Shown here: piece after piece, positions 63,406 to 64,000 of the stretch
Position numbering within the stretch: position 1 is the first letter of the stretch
Layout of the letters: every line of letters begins with the position of its first letter
DNA from: an uncultured Acidobacteriaceae bacterium
Lineage (GTDB): Bacteria; Acidobacteriota; Terriglobia; Terriglobales; Acidobacteriaceae
Assembly: GCA_963710545.1 (NCBI GenBank)
Contig: CAVQAJ010000011.1
Coordinates: 203,113-267,112, forward strand
DNA: 64,000 nt
Reading direction: 5' to 3'
Notes under the pieces: generated by a model
The model's database searches: none
Seen by the model: only the letters and a program-made list of their open reading frames with translations
What the model was told of the DNA's origin: nothing
Made by a program: the position numbers and the translations under genes

Positions 63406-64000
63406 CTATGCCTTGCGCGTGGGCTTGTATCCCGACAGGCCGTAGTAAGCCACGTAGAGGTAGCCGACGATGGGAACGATGAAGGCGTACTGAATGCCGA
63501 CGCGGTCGGCCAGCCAGCCGAAGACCAGGGGGATGACGGCTCCCCCGACGTTGCCGATGGTAATGACGCCGGAACCCTCGCTGGTCATGGGCCCCAGTTC
63601 GGCGATGCCCAGAGCGAAGATGTTGGGGTACATGATGGAGTTGGCCACGCCGCAGAGAACCAGGCTCCAAATGGCGACCGGACCGGTTGAGAACATGGAG
63701 ATCAACAGCAGCACCACGCCCAGGAGGCCGAGAAGAAGCAGCAGCGTTTGCGCCTTGACCCAGGTCATGATGAAACTGCCCACAAAGCGGCCGGCCATGA
63801 TGCCGACAAAGTAGAACGACGCCAGGAAGGCCGCAGTCTCCTTGCTGTCGATTCCCTGGGTGCGGAAGTAGCTGATGGCAATCGACGCCAGGGCGATTTC
63901 AACGCCTACATAGAAGAAGATGCCCACCATGCCCAGCACGGTGTGCTTGTAGCTCCAGATGCTGCGGCCCAGTAACGGGTCGCCGTCTTTGGCCGGACGG
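63406..64000 (-). CDS. Sugar MFS transporter (FucP / glucose-galactose permease family), C-terminal part; the gene runs off the right edge
   Basis: ...GIFFYVGVEIALASIAISYF..., ...VANSIMYPNIFALGIAELGPMTSEGSGVITIGNVGGAVIPLVFGWLADRVGIQYAF... The frame stays open to position 64000. Confidence 0.85.
   Translation of the reverse strand, partial: RPAKDGDPLLGRSIWSYKHTVLGMVGIFFYVGVEIALASIAISYFRTQGIDSKETAAFLASFYFVGIMAGRFVGSFIMTWVKAQTLLLLLGLLGVVLLLISMFSTGPVAIWSLVLCGVANSIMYPNIFALGIAELGPMTSEGSGVITIGNVGGAVIPLVFGWLADRVGIQYAFIVPIVGYLYVAYYGLSGYKPTRKA

Overview
High-GC bacterial chromosomal segment (GC judged by eye, not computed). Gene content and the intergenic repeat families look Acidobacteriota-like, but that is inference only. 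About 55 protein genes are supportable. No rRNA, tRNA or CRISPR array was seen. Left to right: partial mntH and its DtxR-family regulator, separated by a tandem hairpin-repeat array that carries an IS5-family IS; tsf-rpsB and rplM-rpsI; an amidohydrolase; an ECF sigma module; futalosine-pathway genes (MqnE/C-like, mqnD); a BNR-repeat protein; an OmpA-like OMP; an orphan nuoB; amtB-glnK and glnD, separated by a ~4 kb visibly lower-GC islet (Cys-repeat secreted protein plus ToxR/CadC-like regulator); malic enzyme; GH42; VapBC; HemN/W-like; P5C dehydrogenase; an exopolysaccharide locus (AlgE-family porin, GH18-like/CE4/GT2 triple-fusion synthase, GT39-like enzyme, receiver-GGDEF protein); bioY; a frameshifted cutA; a wHTH regulator pair; a phosphohexomutase; ftsB; an OprB-like porin; a CsoR-family repressor; a sedolisin with a polyproline plus histone-H1-like tail; an SGNH lipoprotein; a TPR protein; a Ser/Thr kinase; an SSS transporter; and a partial FucP-like MFS. 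I found no recognisable defence or novel multi-gene system. The most unusual signals are non-coding. (1) Heptanucleotide tandem tracts start within a few nt of stop codons on the sense strand; three of them are canonical G-quadruplex motifs. (2) A hairpin-repeat family has covarying inner stems and a conserved strand-specific G.U pair. (3) A ~120-bp MITE-like family has a head-to-head pair inserted in-frame in the GT39 gene. Three apparent frameshifts all sit in homopolymer runs, so they may be sequencing errors. Repeat boundaries are approximate (+/-5 nt). Start codons are chosen by eye. No database search was possible.
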